From: an uncultured Victivallales bacterium
GTDB taxonomy: Bacteria > Verrucomicrobiota > Kiritimatiellia > UBA8416
Reading direction: 5' to 3'
Assembly (NCBI GenBank): GCA_964497125.1
Contig: CAZCDU010000007.1
Span: forward strand, 5,503 to 69,502
DNA length: 64,000 bases
Part shown: positions 1-8,100 of the stretch, one piece after another
Layout of the letters: every line of letters begins with the position of its first letter
How positions within the stretch are numbered: position 1 is the stretch's first letter
Program-made: the position numbers and the translations under genes
Notes under the pieces: generated by a model
The model's database searches: none
What the model saw: only the letters and a program-made list of their open reading frames with translations
Told to the model about the DNA's origin: nothing

Positions 1-392
1 TCACCGATGACGAAGGATCGCGAGAGGTCGATGCCATGATCCTGTGCCGCCTTGTGGAGAAAGTACGGTTTCGGCTTGATGCAGTGACATCCATCGGCAC
101 GGTCGTGCGGACAGACGTAGGTTTCAACAATCCGTACCCCCGCTTCCGCCAATACAGATTCAACGTAACCGTTGACACGTGCCACATCGTCCATTGTGAT
201 CTCGCCTTTGGCGACTCCCGATTGGTTCGTCACGATGAAGAGGTCGAACGTCTCTTGCAGCTTCAACAAGGCCGGCACGCTACTGGGGTAAAAAACGACC
301 TCATCCTCGCGGGACAGGAAGCCGCGATCATCAATGATCGTGCCGTCCCGGTCGAGGAATATCGCCGGTCGTCTGTCTGATATCTCACTCAT
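1..392 (-). CDS. gmhB: HAD-IIIA phosphatase, D-glycero-D-manno-heptose 1,7-bisphosphate phosphatase-like (3' end outside window)
   Basis: Reverse-strand translation from ATG at 390-392 gives MSEISDRRPAIFLDRDGTIIDDRGF...VTNQSGVAKG...CPHDRADGCHCIKPKP. The FLDRDGTI, NQSG and Cys-cluster motifs are typical of GmhB/HisB-N HAD-IIIA enzymes. The ORF runs off the window edge. Confidence 0.65.
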   Translation of the reverse strand, partial: MSEISDRRPAIFLDRDGTIIDDRGFLSREDEVVFYPSSVPALLKLQETFDLFIVTNQSGVAKGEITMDDVARVNGYVESVLAEAGVRIVETYVCPHDRADGCHCIKPKPYFLHKAAQDHGIDLSRSFVIG

Positions 393-566
393 GGCGCGCA
401 TACTAGCGAACAACAGAAGGCAGGGACAGCCTAACCGTTCAGCCCGTGCTTTTCTTGAGTAGTGGGTTGTCTTGGCACCATGACGTGGCTGTCTCGCTGA
501 ACATCCGCACTGGACAGCCCGTCGGCCGCAATGACACACTTGGCAGGGCAGGGAGATCAAAAACGT

Positions 567-1406
567 ATGAACCACTACGATATTCTTGGCGTTCGGCAGG
601 ACGCCAACTTCCAGGAGCTCCGCAAAGCTTACCGTTCCCGGGCTATGGAGTGCCATCCGGATCGTTTTGCCGGTTCGCCGGAGAAGAGCGAGGAGTTCAA
701 GGCTGTTGTTGATGCGTTCAACGTGTTGTCCGATCCGCTGGCACGTCGCAGCCATGATCTTTCGCTTGGTGCCGAGGTCCGGGAATCCCGTAGTGCTTCC
801 CCTGCGTTCGAAATGGGCACATACCCCGAGGATGACGGCGCGATTCTGGATACGCTGGCAGATGATATCCTGGAGGAGTTGATTGTCGGGAATGTGCTTC
901 CGCACGGGACGTCGCTCCAGACGCTCATGCTGGACCTGGAACAAACAGAGCAGTTCTGCCTCTTTCGGGAGGCGAAGACATGCCTCTACAATGGGGCGAC
1001 AAGCTCCGCGGAACAGCTGTTTCGACAGTATATTGCGGCATCGCCCGTCAATATCCTTGCGCATTACTTCCTCGCGAAGTGTTGTGTTGCCAATGGCAAG
1101 TGGGCCGATGCTGAGCGCCATCTCAAGACCGCCATTACGATTGGGTCGTTTCGACGCCCTCCGCTGCAACTTGTGCGCGTGCGGCGCGAGCTGGAGAAGA
1201 TCCGCAAAACACGCCCGGGATTCATTGGTGCCGTCCGGCGGCTGTTTGTCTCGCCGAAGACGTTTGACGAGAATATCCCGACGGAGGAGGCAGAGCGACG
1301 AGCGTTGAACCATGCCATCAACCGGCTGGCCATGGAGCGCCTACGCTCGCGTCCGCTGCGAGGTGAACTGGCGCATCCGGCTGCCGACAGCCCCGAGGGA
1401 TCCTGA
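567..1406 (+). CDS. J-domain (DnaJ-like) protein with TPR-like C-terminal region
   Basis: J-domain signature: HYDILGV...AYR...HPDR (HPD motif). GGGAG RBS before ATG 567. A longer ORF from 531 is possible. Confidence 0.6.
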   Translation: MNHYDILGVRQDANFQELRKAYRSRAMECHPDRFAGSPEKSEEFKAVVDAFNVLSDPLARRSHDLSLGAEVRESRSASPAFEMGTYPEDDGAILDTLADDILEELIVGNVLPHGTSLQTLMLDLEQTEQFCLFREAKTCLYNGATSSAEQLFRQYIAASPVNILAHYFLAKCCVANGKWADAERHLKTAITIGSFRRPPLQLVRVRRELEKIRKTRPGFIGAVRRLFVSPKTFDENIPTEEAERRALNHAINRLAMERLRSRPLRGELAHPAADSPEGS

Positions 1407-1407
1407 G

Positions 1408-2304
1408 ATGATGAGGCCTTTCAGATTGCTATTGGTGGGGTTTGTTATAGCGACGTCCATGATTGCGGACGAATCGCATCCCGTTCGAACATGGCGTTCG
1501 CTAAAGGGCACGGCGGTGGAGGCCCGCTACGTGCGCCGATCGGGCCGGTCCGTTGTTCTCGAGCGAGAAGGTGGCGGGGCCATCAGGATCTATCCCGAGG
1601 ATCTCTGCCGGGAGGATCGCAAGTACCTCGCGTCGGTGATCGCGGTGGAAGAGGAGAAGGCTCTGAAAAGGCGCAATGCGATCCTGTTCGACAAGAAACG
1701 GGAGAAGCCGGTATCTGCGGCCACTACCCCCCAGTGTCCCGATTACCTGACAAAGAGCGATTGGGGCGTGATCCAGGAGCTCAACCTGGCACGCCAGGAT
1801 CCCGCCGCCTATGCCGAGTTCGTTCGAGACCACCGCAAGCGGCATCGAGGCAACGGCGTCTTCGGGACTGCCCGGGGAGACATCCAGAGCAAAGAAGGGC
1901 TGGCTGCCGTCGATGAGGCGATTACCTTTCTTGAGAACGCGCAGTCGCTCGGCCCATTGGAACCCAGCGAAGGTCTGTCGTTGGCGGCGAAGGACCATGC
2001 AGAAGATACGGGCCCTAAGGGCATTGTGGGGCACAGCGGTTCAGATGGCAGTACAATCCAGCAACGGGTCAACCGGCACGGTCAATGGAAGCGGTCCATC
2101 GGTGAGAACATCTCCTATGGCTTCAAGAATGCCCGCGCGATTGTGATTCAGCTCATTGTCGATGATGGTGTCCCGGGGCGTGGCCATCGCAAGAATATAT
2201 ACACCGAGTCGTTTCGCGTGGTGGGAGTTGCCAATGCTGAGCACAAGCGGTATGGCGCTCAATGCGTGATGGATTTCGCCGGGGGATTCGAAGCGTCCCG
2301 GTGA
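1408..2304 (+). CDS. secreted CAP/SCP/PR-1 family protein with N-terminal SHD1-like domain
   Basis: Signal peptide MMRPFRLLLVGFVIATSMIA. CAP-domain motifs GHSGSDGS...GHRKNIY...FAGG at the C-terminus. Start ATG abuts the upstream stop (TGAgATG). Confidence 0.55.
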   Translation: MMRPFRLLLVGFVIATSMIADESHPVRTWRSLKGTAVEARYVRRSGRSVVLEREGGGAIRIYPEDLCREDRKYLASVIAVEEEKALKRRNAILFDKKREKPVSAATTPQCPDYLTKSDWGVIQELNLARQDPAAYAEFVRDHRKRHRGNGVFGTARGDIQSKEGLAAVDEAITFLENAQSLGPLEPSEGLSLAAKDHAEDTGPKGIVGHSGSDGSTIQQRVNRHGQWKRSIGENISYGFKNARAIVIQLIVDDGVPGRGHRKNIYTESFRVVGVANAEHKRYGAQCVMDFAGGFEASR

Positions 2305-2321
2305 GGGATGCCACGTCACTG

Positions 2322-3182
2322 TTACCACAGCAGGTCAAGCAGTCGCTCCGCCGGGACGCAGCGCTTCCAGACCATTTGCAGGTTGCTGTCTACGCCATCC
2401 ACCTTCTTGTAGTAGATCGATGTGGTTGCGCGGGCAATACCGACTACAGCCCCGTTCGCATTCAGAACGGGCGCCCCGCTGGAGCCCTTCGCGAAGTCCG
2501 CCGTAATCGTGATGACGTCGTTCTTTGTCCCGCCGTGTTCGTGTGTATATCTGCCACTTACGATGCCTTCAGAGAAGGTATAGAGGTGTTTCTGTGGGTG
2601 GCTTATCACCCAGATGGGCGTTCCTATTTCGGCGCCGCCGGACACAGGCAGTGCTGATAGGTTTTCTGCCTCAACCTTCATAACAACAAGATCGTCGTTC
2701 TTGGAGGCCGCCAGCACCTCGGTCACCGGGAATACGCGGCCATCATGGGTACGGATGCCAAGTGTGGGCGCTTCCTTCTCGTTCTTCTCCTTCTCTTCGA
2801 TGACATGGTAGTTGGTGACGATAACACCATCTTTGTGGATCACGAAGCCGGTGGCCATCGACACATGCCAGCGGCTGCAGTTGTTGCATTTGTAGAGCTT
2901 GCCAACCGATACGACGCCTTCCCTCGCCTGTCGGTAGAGGTCGGTCGGGGCGAGCGCTTTCGTTCTCGCGGCAAGCGGTTCAATGGCATGTGAGTGCTTC
3001 TTTGCTGCCTGGCGCCGCAGTGTTTCGATAGCGGTCGTCTCATCGGCCTTGTGTAGAGCTTCCAGCTCCTTCGCAAATGACCGGCGTACGGCGGCATTGT
3101 CTATATAGGCGGTAGTGCCCGCTGCGGCACCGGCGACGAGGCAGGCCATGAGGATGAGTGTTCTGTATCGTGCTGTGTTCAT
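2322..3182 (-). CDS. trypsin-like (S1/S1C) secreted serine protease
   Basis: Signal peptide. TNYHVI (His), DLVVMKV (Asp) and GSSGAPVL (Ser) catalytic motifs. Confidence 0.7.
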   Translation of the reverse strand: MNTARYRTLILMACLVAGAAAGTTAYIDNAAVRRSFAKELEALHKADETTAIETLRRQAAKKHSHAIEPLAARTKALAPTDLYRQAREGVVSVGKLYKCNNCSRWHVSMATGFVIHKDGVIVTNYHVIEEKEKNEKEAPTLGIRTHDGRVFPVTEVLAASKNDDLVVMKVEAENLSALPVSGGAEIGTPIWVISHPQKHLYTFSEGIVSGRYTHEHGGTKNDVITITADFAKGSSGAPVLNANGAVVGIARATTSIYYKKVDGVDSNLQMVWKRCVPAERLLDLLW

Positions 3183-3192
3183 ATCGTAAGTG

Positions 3193-4362
3193 CTATTGCT
3201 TCTTGATTTCTTTGAGGATGGCGCTGCCTACGGGAGGGCAGCCGGCGACGAAGGTGCCACGTTCACGATGGCATGCGGTACAGTTGCCGATGCAGATGGT
3301 TCCCGGCGGCAGCTCGGTATGGCCCTTTCCGATGGCAATGTGGATGGCCTCACCCTCCGGGACGTATTCGAGAAGCTCATTGCCGGAGTTCTTCAGAAAG
3401 AGGAGCAGGGTGGACTGGCAGGCACTGCACGATTGTTCGTCATGGACGGTGACGTTCGGGAATTCGATGGCCATGTTCTTCGGCGCTGCCGCGAATGGGG
3501 ACGCGAAGGACTCCCAGTTGTCAGGCGCGATGCTGAGCTTTGCGAGATCGATAGTGCCATAGCCCCGTTCGGCCCCGATGCGCAGGTGTGCAATATTGCC
3601 GGCATCGCGTCCCATCAGGTGACAGGCGACGGCGTCAGCGGCAAAGGCATCGGCGCTCGCGATAACCACCCCAAGCGGCTTCGGTGCGCCGGCGCTGGGG
3701 CCAAGCCCTTCCATGCCAATGGTCCCGTCAATCAGCGAGAAATGGGGCCGTAGAACGGACGCCATGTCAGCAATGGCGATCTCCAGGGACCTGGCATCCT
3801 TGCGGTCCTGGGCCGGCAGCATATGCAGTTCAACTTTGCTACGTCGCCACAGGCAGCCCTTCATGTTCTTGACGGCGAGGGTCACACCCGTGTGCATGTG
3901 GGTCTTCATGACAGGAATGGACACCACGGCATCGAACTCGAGGGCCTCAGGGCAGACGCGGAGTTCGTCTATGGCTTCGCCCTCGGGAATCGGGACGGTG
4001 ACGGACGGGCGGGCATCCATATCGATCAGCGGGCAACTGCGGGCACGCGCCACTGCCGCAATCCCGGTGGTCTCGAATGCCTCCAGGGTCTTTACTCCGG
4101 TGATGGGGCTCTCCCCAACGGCGACATCGGCGCCAGCCTTCCGGAACATGTCGATGGCAGCCGCGACGACGTCGGGGTTGGTCGTGACACCACTACCGGG
4201 GGTCGCACATCGCCCCGCGTTCGGCTTAAGCAGAACACGTTTGCCGTCAAACATCTCGAGAGAGAATGCGCGGAGGGCTTCACACGCGGCGGCGTATCCA
4301 TCGGTATCGTGGGCAACGACCACTTGCGGGGCTGCGCTACTGTCTGGCTGGATCGATTCCAT
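3193..4362 (-). CDS. DUF362 family protein with C-terminal Cys-rich (Fe-S) tail
   Basis: Full-length similarity to the DUF362 fold (KPN...GESP...KTH core). C-terminal CxxC...C...CPP cluster. Sits between the kinase and protease genes on the same strand. Confidence 0.5.
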   Translation of the reverse strand: MESIQPDSSAAPQVVVAHDTDGYAAACEALRAFSLEMFDGKRVLLKPNAGRCATPGSGVTTNPDVVAAAIDMFRKAGADVAVGESPITGVKTLEAFETTGIAAVARARSCPLIDMDARPSVTVPIPEGEAIDELRVCPEALEFDAVVSIPVMKTHMHTGVTLAVKNMKGCLWRRSKVELHMLPAQDRKDARSLEIAIADMASVLRPHFSLIDGTIGMEGLGPSAGAPKPLGVVIASADAFAADAVACHLMGRDAGNIAHLRIGAERGYGTIDLAKLSIAPDNWESFASPFAAAPKNMAIEFPNVTVHDEQSCSACQSTLLLFLKNSGNELLEYVPEGEAIHIAIGKGHTELPPGTICIGNCTACHRERGTFVAGCPPVGSAILKEIKKQ

Positions 4363-4455
4363 GAGGGGAGAGTAGGGTGAGACGTCTGACGTGGGAAGTG
4401 GAAAGTGCGGAGAATGCGGCGTACACGGCGGGTCGCCCCGGTCATCGTACGGTGT

Positions 4456-6684
4456 CTAGCGGGCCACGAGGGAAAATGAACAGCTGAGTTTGACGCCCTT
4501 ACCGGCTTGGGATGTGGCCTCGAACTCTCCCCCGATGAGGTCAGTACGATGTCGCATCAGTCTTAGTCCCATGCCGCGTGGGGCTTGATGCGGGACGTTT
4601 GAGAAGCCTTTTCCATTGTCCTTTATGATCATAAGTCCCATGTCTTCTGACTGCCTCATGATGCTGATCTCGACGACAGTGGCTGAACCATGTCGGACGG
4701 CATTGTTAACCGACTCATGCACAATGTGGTAGATATGGACGCAGGTACTCTGAGGAATATCCTCTTCGGCAAGGTCGGTTTGGAAGTTGCATGTGATCGA
4801 ATAGAGTTCTTCAGCTTCGTCGGTGAAGCGCTGCACCCCATTGAGGCAGCCGCCATCTCTCTGCTCTGCCGGATTCAGCCCTCGAGAGAGAGATCGCGTT
4901 TCATCAATGGAGCTCTGCAAGACTTCAAGAATCGCATTCAGTTGATGCTCCAGTTGGGGGCACTTCTCCGTGAGCGGTTTCTGGAGTGCCTGTGCGGCAT
5001 AGTAGATTCCGACGAGCTTCTGTCCCAGCGAGTCGTGCAGGTCTCCGCCAATGCTGCGCGTGACATCCATGGTGGTGTCGAGAATCGCCTGTTGCACAGC
5101 AATGCTCTCGCTGCTGTCATGCACGTAGGCAATGACATGCGAACCCGCCCCGGGCTCAATTCGACGCAGGCTGACCCTGGCAGGGAATGCTCTGCCTTGC
5201 TTCCGCCGGGCCGTAATCCGTATGTCGTCAATGCCCGCACCCAACGTTTCTGCATCACCGTCCAGGTAGCTCACGATTGCCGGTAGGAACCCCGAGGCAG
5301 GCTCTCCAACAAGCCCCGCCTGCGACGTTCGGAACATCGTGACGGCAGCGGGATTACTGTCGATAATCGTGCCATCCCTGTTGATGACCAGAATGCCATC
5401 GGCCGCGACATCGAACAGGGCTCGGAACTGTTGCTCGCTTTCCTCGATGATATCAGAGGCCCGGGAGAGTTGGGCCAGTTGCTGACGCTGATCGCCGAGC
5501 ATCATGTCGACATCCATCTTGATCGTATCCAGGGCATCAAGAAGTACGCGCACCGGATGTCCGGGGGGGAAACGCTCCGCAATCGGGAATGCGCCGGGAA
5601 CGTCCCAGCGGGTATTGCTCAAAATCTGCACGAGTGTATTTGCGACATCTTCTTCGCTGCTGATCTCATTGGGGAGAGGCATACTGATGTCGAGGGGAAC
5701 CGCAGACCCCTCCCGGTGGCAGTTAATAATGGCGATGGCTTCGTCCAGCGATTTGGCTTCAATGACCTGGATAGGAATACGCATCTGCGTGAAACGCGCG
5801 GAGGCATTCGTGAATGCCTGGTCGCCAATGAGAATGATGAGCTTCGTGGTCAGTTCGCTCTGTCCCCTGGTGATCAGTTGGGCGTAGTGGGCGAGAGCTG
5901 AAATGGGGAACTCGTCCATATCCTCGATTCGAGCGACGACATAGTCGAATTGGGAAGGTCCCAACCTGGGCGTCAGATCATTGCGCCGTTGAGCCACGAC
6001 TTGGTCTATGCCCGTGCGCGTTGCCTTGCCGCAGTAGCAGATAAGCAGTACATCAGGTGCGATACTCCGGTAATCGACCTTCATGGCCTCTACCGCGTAG
6101 GATCCCAGCAGAGGATAGTCTTCCGGGTGTGAGGCGGTCTTCGGTTCCGGGTCAACCGATGGTGAGTCCGTTGGTTTTACGCGGCCGAGAGGGACGCCGA
6201 GAATCTTGGAAGCACAGATGATCGACTCCTCGTAAGTCCTGCGGAATTCAATGGGGTAGGGGACGATATGGAGGCGTCTTCCAATGCCAAGGTTGAAACG
6301 GAAGTATGTTGAGAGATTGTAGCAGACCAGGCCGGCGATCTCAGGACGCTTCTTGAGTCCGTCAATATAGACCTTGCGGGCTTTCTGGCTAATGCCGTTG
6401 TACAAGGCGAAGTCATCGATGAGGACAAAGTGTCGGTCCTTGCCCTGGTACCGGTCAAATATGCCATGCATGATCTTGACGTACTCGACCATGCCGGACT
6501 CGCTACCCCGGCCCCAGGGTAGTGAGAAGATGATGCGGTTATCCATGAGTCCCACGCCGACAGCGTAGGCCTGTTCGATGACGCGCCATTCAGACGGCGA
6601 GGTAACCTCGCACCCCGTAAACTGGCAGAAGCCGAGGTTTGCAGGATGCGGATAGGTCTTGGCTAATTTCTCGGGACATTCCAT
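4456..6684 (-). CDS. cytoplasmic sensor histidine kinase, HisKA_3/NarL-type, with unknown N-terminal domain + receiver-like domain + PAS
   Basis: H-box DLHDSLGQKL (HisKA_3). HATPase_c motifs (NNAVRHG, DNGKGF, GMGLRLM). PAS block (FRALFDVAADGILVINRDGTIIDSN). No TM segments. About 230 aa at the N-terminus match nothing I recognise. Confidence 0.7.
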   Translation of the reverse strand: MECPEKLAKTYPHPANLGFCQFTGCEVTSPSEWRVIEQAYAVGVGLMDNRIIFSLPWGRGSESGMVEYVKIMHGIFDRYQGKDRHFVLIDDFALYNGISQKARKVYIDGLKKRPEIAGLVCYNLSTYFRFNLGIGRRLHIVPYPIEFRRTYEESIICASKILGVPLGRVKPTDSPSVDPEPKTASHPEDYPLLGSYAVEAMKVDYRSIAPDVLLICYCGKATRTGIDQVVAQRRNDLTPRLGPSQFDYVVARIEDMDEFPISALAHYAQLITRGQSELTTKLIILIGDQAFTNASARFTQMRIPIQVIEAKSLDEAIAIINCHREGSAVPLDISMPLPNEISSEEDVANTLVQILSNTRWDVPGAFPIAERFPPGHPVRVLLDALDTIKMDVDMMLGDQRQQLAQLSRASDIIEESEQQFRALFDVAADGILVINRDGTIIDSNPAAVTMFRTSQAGLVGEPASGFLPAIVSYLDGDAETLGAGIDDIRITARRKQGRAFPARVSLRRIEPGAGSHVIAYVHDSSESIAVQQAILDTTMDVTRSIGGDLHDSLGQKLVGIYYAAQALQKPLTEKCPQLEHQLNAILEVLQSSIDETRSLSRGLNPAEQRDGGCLNGVQRFTDEAEELYSITCNFQTDLAEEDIPQSTCVHIYHIVHESVNNAVRHGSATVVEISIMRQSEDMGLMIIKDNGKGFSNVPHQAPRGMGLRLMRHRTDLIGGEFEATSQAGKGVKLSCSFSLVAR

Positions 6685-6820
6685 TTAAGCGCAGTCTAGC
6701 AGACTGGTCATGGGGTGTCATGCGACAAATGTAGAAAATGACAGGGAATTGCAGTCGTCCGCCAGACGGGATATACTTGCCCCGGATTTGGGTTTTCATC
6801 AGGTGCAACAGGAGTATGCC

Positions 6821-7975
6821 GTGAGTCGAGACAAGTCAGATAATTTTGATCCGTTCGTGGCCCGGGCGCAGCAGTCTGCAAAGGAGGGGCGCGCCGCTGC
6901 GCGCCGCAAGAATCTACGGCGGCTGCTGTACCTGGTGGTTTTCGCCGCATTGGTCGTCGTGCTGATGCATGCGCTTGGCGGGAGCGACCAGCCGGCGGCT
7001 TGGGCAGAGGTCGGACGTGAGCTCTCGTCAGTCAGGAAGGGTGAGGATGGCCTGGCTGCGACGGAGCGACTGTTGAACGCGGCGAGGCGGGTTGAGCCTA
7101 AGCGCGGAAACATGAGCGCACTGGAAGGTATGTATGCGGTCGCCAGCCTTGAGTACCTTCTCGATGACAAGCCCAGCAAGGCTGCAGCCGTGATCCAGCT
7201 CTTGCGCGCAGAGTTCCAGAGCGGGTGGCTGTTCGGTGAGCATTGGGATGAGCGGAATCTAACCGAGGGATGCGGTGACTGTTCGCTCTCGGATGGACGC
7301 CAGGTCCTGACCTGTGCCGCGTGTGGCGGCTCGGGTAAAGCGTCCGGCTTGACCAGTGGCATGAAGGGTCCGCACAATACAGCGCGGCAGCGAAAATGCG
7401 TGGCCTGTAATGGGCAGGGCAGAGTCTCCGATGCATCCCGGGCAGCTAGCTGCAGAACCTGTGGCGATCGCGGCCGAGTGCTCTCCAGAACTGAGCTCAC
7501 GGAGCATCGACGCAGAGCTTTGACGAAGGCACAAGTTGCGGCGGTACTGAAGCGCATCCAGTGTATGTTAAGCCTTCGGTTTCTGAAGCGCGAATCGGCG
7601 CCCAAAACGAGAGTTCGGCCGGCTGAGCCCGGAACGCCAGGCTGGGCCTTTACGACGGAAATACGGCGGCGTATTTCTGTGTCCACTCTTCCGCAGCCTC
7701 TTCGTGGGTCAAGGTACGCCCTTTCTCTCGCTCCTGCTCGGTATAGGCTTCGATGTAGCAGATCTGTTCCACGAGGCGCGCGCGAAAGTGGTCCTGCTCA
7801 TCAAGGAATCGGATGCCTTCGATATAGCGCTTGGTTTCGGATTGAGGGTCGACGTGGCTCCAGACCACTTCCCCTTGAAGATGGGGTTGGGTTCTCAGTG
7901 ACGGAAAAGACAGTTCGAGTACATCGCCCGGGGCGTGGCGTTCCGGGGATACAAAGGCAAGGCCACCGAAGCTGA
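6821..7975 (+). CDS. membrane protein with DnaJ-type CxxCxGxG zinc-ribbon repeats (3' end uncertain, probably near 7650)
   Basis: GTG start after a CAGGAG RBS. One TM helix (LLYLVVFAALVVVLMHAL). Four CxxC pairs (CGDC...CAACGGSG...CVACNGQG...CRTCGDRG). Codon third-position GC drops sharply after about 7650, where the ORF runs antisense through the PilZ gene. Confidence 0.45.
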   Translation: MSRDKSDNFDPFVARAQQSAKEGRAAARRKNLRRLLYLVVFAALVVVLMHALGGSDQPAAWAEVGRELSSVRKGEDGLAATERLLNAARRVEPKRGNMSALEGMYAVASLEYLLDDKPSKAAAVIQLLRAEFQSGWLFGEHWDERNLTEGCGDCSLSDGRQVLTCAACGGSGKASGLTSGMKGPHNTARQRKCVACNGQGRVSDASRAASCRTCGDRGRVLSRTELTEHRRRALTKAQVAAVLKRIQCMLSLRFLKRESAPKTRVRPAEPGTPGWAFTTEIRRRISVSTLPQPLRGSRYALSLAPARYRLRCSRSVPRGARESGPAHQGIGCLRYSAWFRIEGRRGSRPLPLEDGVGFSVTEKTVRVHRPGRGVPGIQRQGHRS

Positions 7976-8096
7976 CGTTGGTCAATTCCTGCGGGGGATC
8001 GTCTCGATGCCCTGCCCGGCTACACGACAGAGGAATCTTCGATGCGTGGCGGATGAACCTCCGGGCCTGTACGAACTGTGTTTCTTGTGCTGTCAT
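7650..8096 (-). CDS. PilZ domain protein (c-di-GMP binding)
   Basis: RRFIRH and NVSFGGLAF motifs (RxxxR / DxSxxG). It is the last gene of the small-protein-nadE operon. Confidence 0.7.
   Translation of the reverse strand: MTAQETQFVQARRFIRHASKIPLSCSRAGHRDDPPQELTNVSFGGLAFVSPERHAPGDVLELSFPSLRTQPHLQGEVVWSHVDPQSETKRYIEGIRFLDEQDHFRARLVEQICYIEAYTEQEREKGRTLTHEEAAEEWTQKYAAVFPS
7658..7677. other. perfect 8-bp stem / 4-nt loop hairpin (GAAATACG-GCGG-CGTATTTC) inside the 3' end of the PilZ CDS
   Basis: Read directly from the sequence. It encodes TEIRRRISV in both strands' overlapping ORFs. Confidence 0.6.
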
Positions 8097-8100
8097 TGTC

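Noticed and set aside
2304-2322. Possible bidirectional terminator between the convergent SCP and protease genes
   Set aside because: Only a 4-bp GTGA/TCAC stem is present and there is no U-tract.
6799-7686. 295-aa minus-strand ORF
   Set aside because: Ser/Arg/Ala-rich low-complexity translation antisense to the zinc-ribbon gene, the usual kind of spurious long ORF in high-GC DNA.
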